DNA of 64,000 bases from an uncultured Candidatus Saccharibacteria bacterium (lineage in GTDB: Bacteria; Patescibacteriota; Minisyncoccia; Phycocordibacterales; GWA1-40-21). Positions 18,544 through 27,255 of the stretch are shown here, in pieces. Both the position numbers and the translations under genes were made by a program. The first letter of the stretch is position 1. Each line of letters opens with the position of its first letter. Location of the stretch: assembly GCA_964539415.1 (NCBI GenBank), contig CAZIID010000001.1, forward strand, positions 11,979-75,978, written 5' to 3'. The notes under the pieces were generated by a model. That model did not search any database. It had not been told where the DNA came from and saw nothing but the letters and a program-made list of their open reading frames with translations.

Positions 18544-19226
18544 ACGAAGAATTCAAAAAAATAATAGAAGAGAGAAAAAAGTCTTTACCAGAAGACATTA
18601 ATACTGCTATTGATTCAATAGATCTTGATTCAGCTCTTGCAGAAATAACAAAAAGGAACAACCTCCTTATAGATCAATCTGGATTATTATTCGCAGAAAT
18701 AACCCTTGCTTTGTATGGTATTGAACCACTATCTTCTCTTGTTTCAAATCTATCTAGAGAGCTTAGTATTTCTACTGACAAAGCAAACAAAATAGCTAAA
18801 GACGCAGACGATTTAATTTTTAGGGATATTAGAGCTAATTTAAAAGAACTGAATCGTCTTGAGGATGAAATAGAACAAGAAAAAAACATTAAACAAGGAG
18901 GGCTGTCTCGTGAACAAGTCTTAGATGAAATAGAAAACCCTCAAAAAGCAAGGCCTTCTGGCGACACAAGAACCAACGAGATTGAAATAAATTTACCGAT
19001 GAATACTCCGGAAAATGATATCATCATAAATAAAGTTGCTTTACCACAAAAAACAGATGGTATTACAGTAACAAATTCAGTTTCAGAGAAAAAAGAAATA
19101 GAAAATATTCTTGAAGCAAATTTAAACAGAACAGTTAGCTTACCAAAAGAACAAAAGATAGTTGAAGAAAAAACAAAGCTACCACAAAAGGGGAGCAGTG
19201 ACCCATACAGAGAGCCGATTGAATAA
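18540..19226 (+). CDS. Hypothetical coiled-coil protein; translationally coupled (ATGA overlap) to the VirB6-like gene
   Basis: Continuous ORF with a 4-nt overlap on the upstream gene. Confidence 0.4.
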   Translation: MNEEFKKIIEERKKSLPEDINTAIDSIDLDSALAEITKRNNLLIDQSGLLFAEITLALYGIEPLSSLVSNLSRELSISTDKANKIAKDADDLIFRDIRANLKELNRLEDEIEQEKNIKQGGLSREQVLDEIENPQKARPSGDTRTNEIEINLPMNTPENDIIINKVALPQKTDGITVTNSVSEKKEIENILEANLNRTVSLPKEQKIVEEKTKLPQKGSSDPYREPIE

Positions 19227-19230
19227 AATA

Positions 19231-19277
19231 AGATGGTTTGCTTCGTCGCTTTACTCCTCGCAAAGACGGAGGGTAAA
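19231..19277. mobile_element. Miniature repeat unit (AGATGGTTTGCTTCG...CTCGCAAAGACGGAGGG), one member of a family recurring in the window
   Basis: The AGATGGTTTGCTTCG and CTCGCAAAGAC motifs also occur at 25185-25212. Their reverse complements occur at 41210-41280. CTCGCAAAGAC occurs again at 47871-47881. Confidence 0.5.
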
Positions 19278-19292
19278 AAGAAATAAAACAGT

Positions 19293-19730
19293 ATGCAACA
19301 ATATCAAGTTCCACAATTTATAGAAGTTGAAGACAAGATTTTTGGGCCTTTAACACTCAAACAATTCATCTACATAGTAGGTGCTGCTGGTTTATCTTTC
19401 TTAATTTATAGATTTATACCTTATTCTTTTATATCTTTTCCTATAATATTTGCTGTTATAGCACTCGGACTAGCTCTTGCGTTCTACAAGGTAAATAACA
19501 GGTCTTTTATCTTTATGATGGAATCAGCTTTTTATTACTATATTGGTAGCAAATTATATATTTGGAAGAAAAAAGAAAAAACACCAGAAAGAAAAGCAGT
19601 AATGCAACCAAAAACAGCTAACACAGTATATGTTCCAAGATTAACCGAAAGTAAACTACGAAATCTTACTTGGAGCTTGGATATAAATGAAAAGATTGAT
19701 TCAACAAAAGGAAGACCCTCAGTGAAATAA
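19293..19730 (+). CDS. PrgI-family / VirB3-like small membrane protein
   Basis: N-terminus MQQYQVPQFIEVEDKIFGPLTLKQFIYIVGAAGLSFLIY followed by two TM helices, matching the PrgI-family pattern found beside VirB4 in Gram-positive-type T4SS. Confidence 0.5.
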   Translation: MQQYQVPQFIEVEDKIFGPLTLKQFIYIVGAAGLSFLIYRFIPYSFISFPIIFAVIALGLALAFYKVNNRSFIFMMESAFYYYIGSKLYIWKKKEKTPERKAVMQPKTANTVYVPRLTESKLRNLTWSLDINEKIDSTKGRPSVK

Positions 19731-19796
19731 CAGAACAAATTTCACAAGGTAGAAATAAATTACACTTTAATTATTTTGTAGTGTATAATATTAGAA

Positions 19797-20444
19797 ATGG
19801 CGACATCAAACGCTAAGGCGACACAAGATTTTATACCAGTAAAAGAAGTTAGGGATGGCATCATGGTTCTCAAAGATGGTTCATTGAGAGCTATCGTGAT
19901 GGTATCTTCTCTTAACTTTGCTCTAAAATCTCCAGACGAACAAGATGCTATTATTTATCAATTCCAAAACTTTCTAAACTCTTTGGATTTCTCTGTTCAG
20001 ATATGTATTCAATCAAGAGAACTTGATATAAGACCTTATATAGCACTACTTGAAGAGAGACTAAAAAACGAGCTGAATGAACTACTCAGAATGCAAATAA
20101 AAGAATATGTTCAATTCGTCAGAGCTTTCGTAGAACAGTCAAACATAATGACAAAAACATTCTTCACTGTCATTCCATACTCACCAAGTTTTATAAACCA
20201 AGGTTCATCACCATTTTCAAAATTTTCTGGAAGTTCATCAAACAAAGAAAAACAAACAAAAGAACAAGAACAAAATAGACTTTTTGAAGAGAGCAGAACA
20301 CAGTTAGAGCAGAGGACAAGTGTCGTTCAACAAGGACTTACAAGATGTGGATTAACAAGTATTCAGCTTGGTACAGATGAAATGGTAGAGCTTTTATATA
20401 AAACATTTAATCCAGGAGATATGGGTAAGCCTGCAGTTCAATAA
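19797..20444 (+). CDS. T4SS-associated protein resembling the extreme N-terminal region of VirB4/TraC (DFIPVKEVRDGIMVLKDGSLRAIV...); possibly the split-off 5' part of virB4
   Basis: Its stop lies 4 nt before the VirB4-like ORF start, in a different frame. The combined length (215 + 606 aa) equals that of a typical VirB4. Confidence 0.4.
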   Translation: MATSNAKATQDFIPVKEVRDGIMVLKDGSLRAIVMVSSLNFALKSPDEQDAIIYQFQNFLNSLDFSVQICIQSRELDIRPYIALLEERLKNELNELLRMQIKEYVQFVRAFVEQSNIMTKTFFTVIPYSPSFINQGSSPFSKFSGSSSNKEKQTKEQEQNRLFEESRTQLEQRTSVVQQGLTRCGLTSIQLGTDEMVELLYKTFNPGDMGKPAVQ

Positions 20445-20448
20445 AAAT

Positions 20449-22269
20449 ATGGGTATATTTGATTTTTTAAAAAACAATAAAGAAAAAGAACAGGAATTAA
20501 CATCTTTTTTACCGCATGAAATATATCAGGCTGGTGTACTTGAATTACAAGATGTTATCGCACCTTCTGCACTTAAAATAACACCAAATGAACTAAATCT
20601 CGGGGAAAAGATAGTAAAAACTTTCTTCGTTATTTCATATCCAAGATTTTTAGCACAAAGCTGGTTTGCTCCTATTATAAATCTAGACAAAATTTTTAAT
20701 GTTTCTATTTTCATACACCCGCTAGATACAACACAAATATTAAAACAGTTTCAAAAGAAAGTTGCAGAAGTTCAAAGCCAAATAAATACAAGAGAGAAAA
20801 AGGGTTTAGTTAGAGATCCACAGCTTGATATTGCTTATCAAGATCTAGAATCACTTAGAGATAACCTCCAGCAAGCCCAAGAAAAGCTTTTTGATACAGC
20901 TATTTATATTTCTATATATGGAAATACAGAAGAAGAAGTAAACAAACTTGAAGCAGAAATAAAATCAATCCTTGAATCAAAAATGATTTATGTAAAACCT
21001 GCACTTTTCCAACAAGAACAAGGCTACAAGAGCGTTCTACCTATAGCAACAGATGAATTAAAAGTATATTCCAAGCTCAATTCTTCACCACTTTCAAGTA
21101 TTTTCCCATTCGTTTCTTTTGACCTCACACAAGACAAGGGAATACTCTATGGTATAAACAGACACAATTCAGGTCTTGTTTTATTTGATAGATTTTCTCT
21201 AGAAAACTACAACTCTATTACTTTTGCAAAATCTGGATCAGGTAAATCATATATGTTAAAGCTTGAGATTCTTAGAAGTTTGATGTTTGACATAGACGTT
21301 ATGGTAATAGACCCCGAAAAAGAATATGAGTTCTTGGCAGAAGCCACAGGCGGAAAATCTTTCAATATTTCTTTAAACTCAAATAGCAATATTAACCCTT
21401 TTGACCTTCCAACACCTAGGGAAGATGAGTCTACGTCAGATGTTCTAAGATCAAACATTATAAACCTCGTTGGTTTGTTTAGAATAATGTTGGGCGGATT
21501 AAGTGCAGAAGAAGACTCTATTATTGACCAAGCTGTAGCAGAAACTTATGCCTTAAAGGATATTACCCCCGACTCAGATTTTTCAAACATTGAACCACCA
21601 CTACTTTCAGATTTTGAGCTTGTTCTTTCTGGTATGCAAGGCGCAGAAAGTCTTGTCCAAAAACTTTCTAAATATACTAGAGGAACATGGTCAGGTTTCT
21701 TAAATAGACCAACAAACGTAGATATCAACCACAAATTTATAGTATTTTCTATAAGAGATATGGAAGATGAGCTTAAACCCGTCGCGATGTATCTTGTTAC
21801 CAGATATATTTGGAATGCTGTAAGAAGAAACTTAAAGAAAAGACTGCTTGTTGTGGATGAGGCTTGGTGGATGATGAAATCAGAAGATACAGCTTCTTTC
21901 TTATACAGTATGGCAAAAAGAGGAAGAAAATATTTCTTGGCTCTTGCTACAATAACGCAAGACGTTGATGATTTCTTAAAATCTCCTTATGGACAGCCGA
22001 TTGTAGCAAACTCTTCAATTCAAATTCTTCTCAAACAATCTCCGTCTGTTGTAGACAATCTACAAAAAGTATTTAATCTTACCGATGAAGAAAAATATCT
22101 TCTACTTGAATCTAATGTGGGGGAGGGAATATTCTTCGTAGGACAAAAACACATTGCGATAAAGGTTACAGCTTCATACACTGAAGATCAGATCATAACT
22201 TCAGATCCATCCCAAATACTCGCTATTAAAAAGGCCAAAGAAGAACTCAGAAGCTCAACTGGTTTATAA
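20449..22269 (+). CDS. virB4: VirB4/TrbE/TraC-family type IV secretion ATPase
   Basis: Walker A FAKSGSGKSYMLK, Walker B LLVVDEAWWMM, and the conserved C-terminal ATPase region. Confidence 0.75.
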   Translation: MGIFDFLKNNKEKEQELTSFLPHEIYQAGVLELQDVIAPSALKITPNELNLGEKIVKTFFVISYPRFLAQSWFAPIINLDKIFNVSIFIHPLDTTQILKQFQKKVAEVQSQINTREKKGLVRDPQLDIAYQDLESLRDNLQQAQEKLFDTAIYISIYGNTEEEVNKLEAEIKSILESKMIYVKPALFQQEQGYKSVLPIATDELKVYSKLNSSPLSSIFPFVSFDLTQDKGILYGINRHNSGLVLFDRFSLENYNSITFAKSGSGKSYMLKLEILRSLMFDIDVMVIDPEKEYEFLAEATGGKSFNISLNSNSNINPFDLPTPREDESTSDVLRSNIINLVGLFRIMLGGLSAEEDSIIDQAVAETYALKDITPDSDFSNIEPPLLSDFELVLSGMQGAESLVQKLSKYTRGTWSGFLNRPTNVDINHKFIVFSIRDMEDELKPVAMYLVTRYIWNAVRRNLKKRLLVVDEAWWMMKSEDTASFLYSMAKRGRKYFLALATITQDVDDFLKSPYGQPIVANSSIQILLKQSPSVVDNLQKVFNLTDEEKYLLLESNVGEGIFFVGQKHIAIKVTASYTEDQIITSDPSQILAIKKAKEELRSSTGL

Positions 22270-22309
22270 TAACTTTTTGAAAAAAACAATCCGTGTTATA
22301 ATTTTAAGA

Positions 22310-23317
22310 ATGATTTTAGGTAAAATCAAAAAACTTTTAAGTATATCTTTTGCTTTAGTGTTCTTTTTAACATTTAGTTTTTCAACGAATGTTTTTTCTC
22401 AATCCAGCTCAATATATAATCCCAAAATATCAATAAGCCCATCAAATCCAAAATATGGTCAAGATGTTACTGTTTCTGTAAGCTTAATTTCTATAAATAT
22501 AGACAGTGCAAATATCCTTTGGCAAGTAAACGGAGTTACAAAAAAACAGGGAACAGGTGAGAAAACTTTTTCTTTCAAGACCGACAGCACAGGAAAAACT
22601 TCTTTGGTAAAAGTAATAATTACAGAATCAGATGGAACAACCTATGAAAACAGCTACGAAATAGCACCTTCAGAAGTTGATCTTATAATAGAACCTCTAT
22701 CTTTTGTTCCTCCATTTTATAAAGGTAAATCAGCCTTTGTTCCACAAGGAAGTGCAAAAATCGTTGCTATTACAAATATTCTTTCAGATGGAACTAAAAT
22801 TTCAAATAACAACTTAATTTTTAAATGGAAAAAGAATGGAATGGTCTTATCCGATAGCTCTGGACGAGGAAAAAATACTCTCATAGTAAATGGCTCTGTG
22901 CCAATCAAAGATATAAATATAGAATTAGAAGTCTCCAATTCAACCTCAAAAGTTGTTGGTTCAAATAGTATTATTCTTACGCCATACAATACAAAAGTAG
23001 CTTTGTATGAAAACAATGCTCTATACGGAAAACTTTTCAATAAAGAACTTACAGGATATATAAATATTGGGACTCAAGAAGAATTTTTAATCGCAGCATA
23101 TCCTATGTTTTTCAATATAACAGATGAAACTGGTGATGAAATTACATACAAATGGTCTGTGGGGAATAAAAGCACAGCAACAGATGGAGATGTAAATACC
23201 TTATTGCTAAGACAAGTAGGGAATGTAGGTAATTCTTCAATTTCATTAAAAGTAGATGGTGTTTCAAGAATATTTCAGTATGGTTCAAGTGGTTTTAGTT
23301 TAATGTTTGGAGAATAA
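22310..23317 (+). CDS. Secreted/membrane-anchored hypothetical protein of the T4SS-like operon
   Basis: Signal/TM N-terminus and a beta-rich sequence. The ATG at 22310 lies 7 nt after TGTTATAAT; the ORF track begins at a TTG at 22277. Confidence 0.4.
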   Translation: MILGKIKKLLSISFALVFFLTFSFSTNVFSQSSSIYNPKISISPSNPKYGQDVTVSVSLISINIDSANILWQVNGVTKKQGTGEKTFSFKTDSTGKTSLVKVIITESDGTTYENSYEIAPSEVDLIIEPLSFVPPFYKGKSAFVPQGSAKIVAITNILSDGTKISNNNLIFKWKKNGMVLSDSSGRGKNTLIVNGSVPIKDINIELEVSNSTSKVVGSNSIILTPYNTKVALYENNALYGKLFNKELTGYINIGTQEEFLIAAYPMFFNITDETGDEITYKWSVGNKSTATDGDVNTLLLRQVGNVGNSSISLKVDGVSRIFQYGSSGFSLMFGE

Positions 23318-23338
23318 TTATTAATTTAGAATAAAAAA

Positions 23339-23728
23339 ATGTTAAATTCCCTAATTAAAAGAAAAAACCTAGTAAAAAAGACTTTTTCTATTTTAAGTAT
23401 GTTAATAGCCTTACCTTCAATTATCTACGCAGAAGCTGTGAATTTTGTACCTTTAGAAACAAGTTCTCCTTGGGCCAAAAGCATTGACCCAAATAAACCA
23501 GCAGAATTCTTCCAAAGTGTTTTTAATACTGGTCTTGCTATCGCTGCCACACTTGCAGTTGTGATGATTATGTATGGAGGCGTAAAATATATGACAACAG
23601 ATGCATGGAATAACAAAGAAGAAGCGAAGGAAATCATTCAAAACGCCGTATATGGTCTAGTTCTTGCTTTGGTTTCTTACTTAATACTTTACACAATAAA
23701 CCCAGACATATTAAATGTTAGACTATAA
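23339..23728 (+). CDS. TrbC/VirB2-like pilin
   Basis: 129 aa: a signal peptide, a first hydrophobic helix (LAIAATLAVVMIMYGG), a short charged loop, and a second hydrophobic helix (AVYGLVLALVSYLILY). This architecture is typical of VirB2/TrbC pilins. Confidence 0.45.
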   Translation: MLNSLIKRKNLVKKTFSILSMLIALPSIIYAEAVNFVPLETSSPWAKSIDPNKPAEFFQSVFNTGLAIAATLAVVMIMYGGVKYMTTDAWNNKEEAKEIIQNAVYGLVLALVSYLILYTINPDILNVRL

Positions 23729-23843
23729 TAAGTACTTGTCCCGTTGTAAATTCAGCTGATACAAGTAAAATAAAAGGGCAAGATTGTTTAAGATAATAAA
23801 TAAGATTAAAAAAAATTATGAGGATTAAAATTTTACAACTGGG

Positions 23844-25091
23844 ATGAACATATCAAAAAAATCAGCCATAATATTAATACTTGGAGCAGTAATACTTCTT
23901 ATTGGTTTATTTTTATATTTTTATTTATCTCCAACTAAAACAAACACAACAAACACTGTAGCGACTTCCACAAAAAACGTTTCTTTTGGTGATACATCCA
24001 AAACTAACAATGAAATACCGACAGATACCACAAAAACCGGCACGACAACCCAAGTAAGTTCAAATAGACCAGCAGAAACATTAAGACAAATATTTTCTGA
24101 ACCAACTTCAGGTTCTATTGTTTATACAAAAAACAAAGACACAGTAGCAAGATTTGTAGAAAGAAGTAATGGTAATGTGTATGAAGTAAAAAGAAACTCT
24201 TCTGAAACTATAAGATTGACCAATACTACTATCCCAAAAATTCAAGAAGCTATCTGGGACAAAGGTGGTAATGATATTCTTTTTAGATATCTAAATGAAA
24301 GTAGGGGAGATCAGATAGAAACATTTGCTGGAAAAATAAAACTTTCAACCTCAACTTCAAATGAATTCTTTGGTGAAATACTCGGGACTTTTTTGCCTGC
24401 TAAACTTCTTCAAGTTACAACAAACCCTTCTTCCGGTAAGATTGCTTATATTCAGAACAAGATAAACAACGACGGAACATATATTTATATATCAAATACC
24501 AATGGTTCAAATAAGGTTCAATTGGCAGATATACCACTTTCTGAGGTATCAATATCTTGGCCAAAAGAAAACACAATCGCCTTAATTACTAAACCCTCAT
24601 CAAGATACGCAGGATTCTTATACTTTATAAATACACAAGAAGGTGTTTTAAGAAAGGTTATCGGGGATGTTTGGGGTCTTAATGCTTTAGTAAATTCACA
24701 AGCAAATAAAGTTGTATACTCAAAAACATCAAGAAACGAACCTGTAATAAATTTTTATGATATGACTACAGGAGAAGACACGAGCCTCCAAATAAAAACC
24801 CTTGCAGATAAATGTGTGTGGGGAAAGAAAGATACAGAGGTTATATTCTGCGCTGTGCCAAATACAATACCAGCGGGGGATTATCCTGACAGTTGGTATC
24901 AAGGAAAAACTTTTTTCAATGATAATATCTGGAAAATTAATTTAGAGACTGGACAAAGCACAATGATACGCGATATAGCTTCAGATGGGCTCTCCATAGA
25001 CGCTATGAGCCTCGCCATAAGTGATAAAGACGACTTCTTAGTGTTTACTAATAAAAAAGATTTGTCGCTCTGGGGATTGATTATAGAGTAA
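23844..25091 (+). CDS. Secreted protein with TolB/PD40-like beta-propeller repeats; last gene of the T4SS-like operon
   Basis: N-terminal TM/signal segment, a T/N-rich linker, and PD40-like repeats (IAYIQNKINNDGTYIYISNTNGSNKVQLADIP). Confidence 0.4.
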   Translation: MNISKKSAIILILGAVILLIGLFLYFYLSPTKTNTTNTVATSTKNVSFGDTSKTNNEIPTDTTKTGTTTQVSSNRPAETLRQIFSEPTSGSIVYTKNKDTVARFVERSNGNVYEVKRNSSETIRLTNTTIPKIQEAIWDKGGNDILFRYLNESRGDQIETFAGKIKLSTSTSNEFFGEILGTFLPAKLLQVTTNPSSGKIAYIQNKINNDGTYIYISNTNGSNKVQLADIPLSEVSISWPKENTIALITKPSSRYAGFLYFINTQEGVLRKVIGDVWGLNALVNSQANKVVYSKTSRNEPVINFYDMTTGEDTSLQIKTLADKCVWGKKDTEVIFCAVPNTIPAGDYPDSWYQGKTFFNDNIWKINLETGQSTMIRDIASDGLSIDAMSLAISDKDDFLVFTNKKDLSLWGLIIE

Positions 25092-25105
25092 AGTTTTAAA
25101 TTAAT

Positions 25106-25145
25106 AAAAATACCTCAGCGTAGAGCGCACGAGGTATTTTTATTT
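25106..25145. terminator. Bidirectional terminator (AAAATACCTC...GAGGTATTTT hairpin)
   Basis: 10-bp perfect stem with A/T flanks, between convergent genes. Confidence 0.7.
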
Positions 25146-25146
25146 C

Positions 25147-25214
25147 CGTCATTGCGAGGAGGTCTTCCGACGTGGCAATCCAGAGATGGTTTGCTTCGCT
25201 TTCGCTCGCAAAGA
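25147..25214. mobile_element. Composite miniature repeat (GTCATTGCGAGG...CGTGGCAATCC + AGATGGTTTGCTTCG...CTCGCAAAGAC)
   Basis: Shares both sub-units with the copies at 19231, 41210, 47853-47935 and 51676. Confidence 0.5.
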
Positions 25215-25248
25215 CAAAATATTACCCGATACTTTGTATTGGGTAATA

Positions 25249-25713
25249 CTAGGATTTAACGTATTTTATAACCACCCTTCTTTCTTTTCCTTCACCTGTT
25301 GATTCTGTTTTTATACCACTTTCTTTTCCAAGTAAATCGTGAACCACGAGCCTTTCATATGATGACATCGGCTCCATTTCTATATCTGATTTCAAATCTC
25401 TTGCTCTATTAGCTAATATTAAGGCTTTATTCTTTAGTCTATCAACAATACTAGACTGATAATCATTTACATCAACAGAAAAAGTCTTTGAATCATCCAT
25501 TTCCACTCCTTTCATTACCATTTTCTTGATTATATGGCTAAGTGAAAAGAAAGTTTCTCCTCGATCACCAATTAATATGCCAGATTCTGATGTTCTTATG
25601 ATAAAAACAGTCCTTTTAGTAATCTCATCTTCTTTGATATCTACACTTCTAAAAGAAACACCCATTTTAGCCAATAAATCAGATATTAAAGCTTTAATTT
25701 GTTCATTGTTCAT
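25249..25713 (-). CDS. jag: Jag/SpoIIIJ-associated protein (KH + R3H RNA-binding domains)
   Basis: C-terminal R3H motif (SYERLVVHDLLG). Position immediately downstream of yidC. Confidence 0.7.
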   Translation of the reverse strand: MNNEQIKALISDLLAKMGVSFRSVDIKEDEITKRTVFIIRTSESGILIGDRGETFFSLSHIIKKMVMKGVEMDDSKTFSVDVNDYQSSIVDRLKNKALILANRARDLKSDIEMEPMSSYERLVVHDLLGKESGIKTESTGEGKERRVVIKYVKS

Positions 25714-25714
25714 A

Positions 25715-26446
25715 TTATTGTTTTTTGAGCTTATTAGCCATTAAGACTTCTTGGATAACTGAAAAAATATTGCTTGTTATCAAATACAAAGATACAACAA
25801 TAGGGAAGCTTCTTGCAACTATAAAAATCATAAAAGGCATAACGTATTTCATTTGGGAAGTCATACTTTTAGACAATTCGTCTTTAAAGCTTGGTTTTTG
25901 GCCATCTTTTACAACTGGTTTAGGTGTTTTATTTGAAGATAAGCTTATCTGTAAGAACTGAGTAAGTGCAGCAACGAGGGCTATAAGAGTACTTTTACCA
26001 GCAACGTCTATACCAAAGAAAAACATATTTATATTTTCAGGAACTTTCACAAAAGAATACAATAGATCAAGATTAATTTGTGGTAGACCACCTTTTAGAA
26101 AAATGGCATACAAAGCCCAAAGTATTGGAAGTTGAATAATTAAAAGCAAAATACCAGAAAATGGATTTATCCCTCTGGTTTTATAAACCTCCATGATTTT
26201 CTGAGCTTGAACTTGTTTATCGTCTTTATATTTATCTTTTATCTCATCTAATTCAGGTTCTATTTTTTTCATCTCAAGCTGAGTTCTGACAGACTTCTGA
26301 GAAATAGGGAATAGTATAAAACGAACAAGAATTGTGAATAAAATCACCGCGACACCGACGTTTATCCAAGGAATATAAGCCAAAAAGACTACAAGACCGT
26401 TGTACAAAGGTTTATAAAATATTGCATTGTATAGAAAGCTAAACAT
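25715..26446 (-). CDS. yidC: Membrane protein insertase YidC/Oxa1 family (short form)
   Basis: Conserved insertase core with 5 TM helices. Sits in the rnpA-yidC-jag arrangement. The ATG at 26446 is used here; the ORF track starts at a TTG at 26455. Confidence 0.75.
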   Translation of the reverse strand: MFSFLYNAIFYKPLYNGLVVFLAYIPWINVGVAVILFTILVRFILFPISQKSVRTQLEMKKIEPELDEIKDKYKDDKQVQAQKIMEVYKTRGINPFSGILLLIIQLPILWALYAIFLKGGLPQINLDLLYSFVKVPENINMFFFGIDVAGKSTLIALVAALTQFLQISLSSNKTPKPVVKDGQKPSFKDELSKSMTSQMKYVMPFMIFIVARSFPIVVSLYLITSNIFSVIQEVLMANKLKKQ

Positions 26447-26492
26447 TGTCCTCAAATTCTATACGAAAAGAATCCAAAACTCAAGGAAAAGT

Positions 26493-26819
26493 TTATTTTA
26501 AAACACAAACTTCTACCTGTTGCTTTATTTCTGGTATATCTGTGCTAATAAAAGTAGTTTTAACAAAAAAAGCAAAGTCGGTCTGTTCTTTAAATTTACT
26601 CTTATCCATCTTATCTAAAATCGCCCAAAGCCTTCTTTTTAACAAATGTCTTTGTACTGAGGTTTTTGCAACCTTTTTACCCACAACAACCACAAAACGG
26701 CTATTTTTAAAACTATTTGCCATACTTTTAACATAAAAAAACTTAAAATTAGGCCCTTTGCCAAATTTTACTACTTTTTCCATATATTCCTTAGGAATTC
26801 TATATTTTTGAGCTAACAT
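26493..26819 (-). CDS. rnpA: Ribonuclease P protein component
   Basis: Basic protein with FVVVVGKKVAKTSVQRHLLKRRL. Located between rpmH and yidC. Confidence 0.75.
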   Translation of the reverse strand: MLAQKYRIPKEYMEKVVKFGKGPNFKFFYVKSMANSFKNSRFVVVVGKKVAKTSVQRHLLKRRLWAILDKMDKSKFKEQTDFAFFVKTTFISTDIPEIKQQVEVCVLK

Positions 26820-26863
26820 ATGTATATTATAACAAAAAAGAGGCTTAGAGCCCCTTTTTATAT

Positions 26864-27001
26864 TTAAACTGTTGAAAGTCTCTTTCTACCTTTCTGTCTT
26901 CTCTTCTTTAAGACTCTTTTACCATAAGCGGTTCTTGTTCTTGAAAGAAAGCCATGCTTTTTGGCTCTTTTTCTTTTTTTAGGTTGATATGTTTGTGACA
27001 T
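26864..27001 (-). CDS. rpmH: 50S ribosomal protein L34
   Basis: The reverse-strand translation [45 protein letters not shown] matches the L34 consensus. Not present in the supplied ORF track because it is shorter than 60 aa. Confidence 0.85.
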   Translation of the reverse strand: MSQTYQPKKRKRAKKHGFLSRTRTAYGKRVLKKRRQKGRKRLSTV

Positions 27002-27255
27002 AAAGAGAGTATAAATCAAAATACATAAATTGTAAAGCTGATTTTAGCTTTTTCTGTTGACCACAAAACAAAAAAGAATAGGGGATTGGGGCAGTGCAAA
27101 ACAGAGCCTAAGTATATAAAAAATGGTGTAATGAAAAAAATCTTGAAGTATATGTATATACATATATAATAGTAATCAACTTATTCACAGGTTATAAACA
27201 AAAAATATTTTTATTAACATCTTGAACAACTTATAATCTTAACTGTAGATAAATT

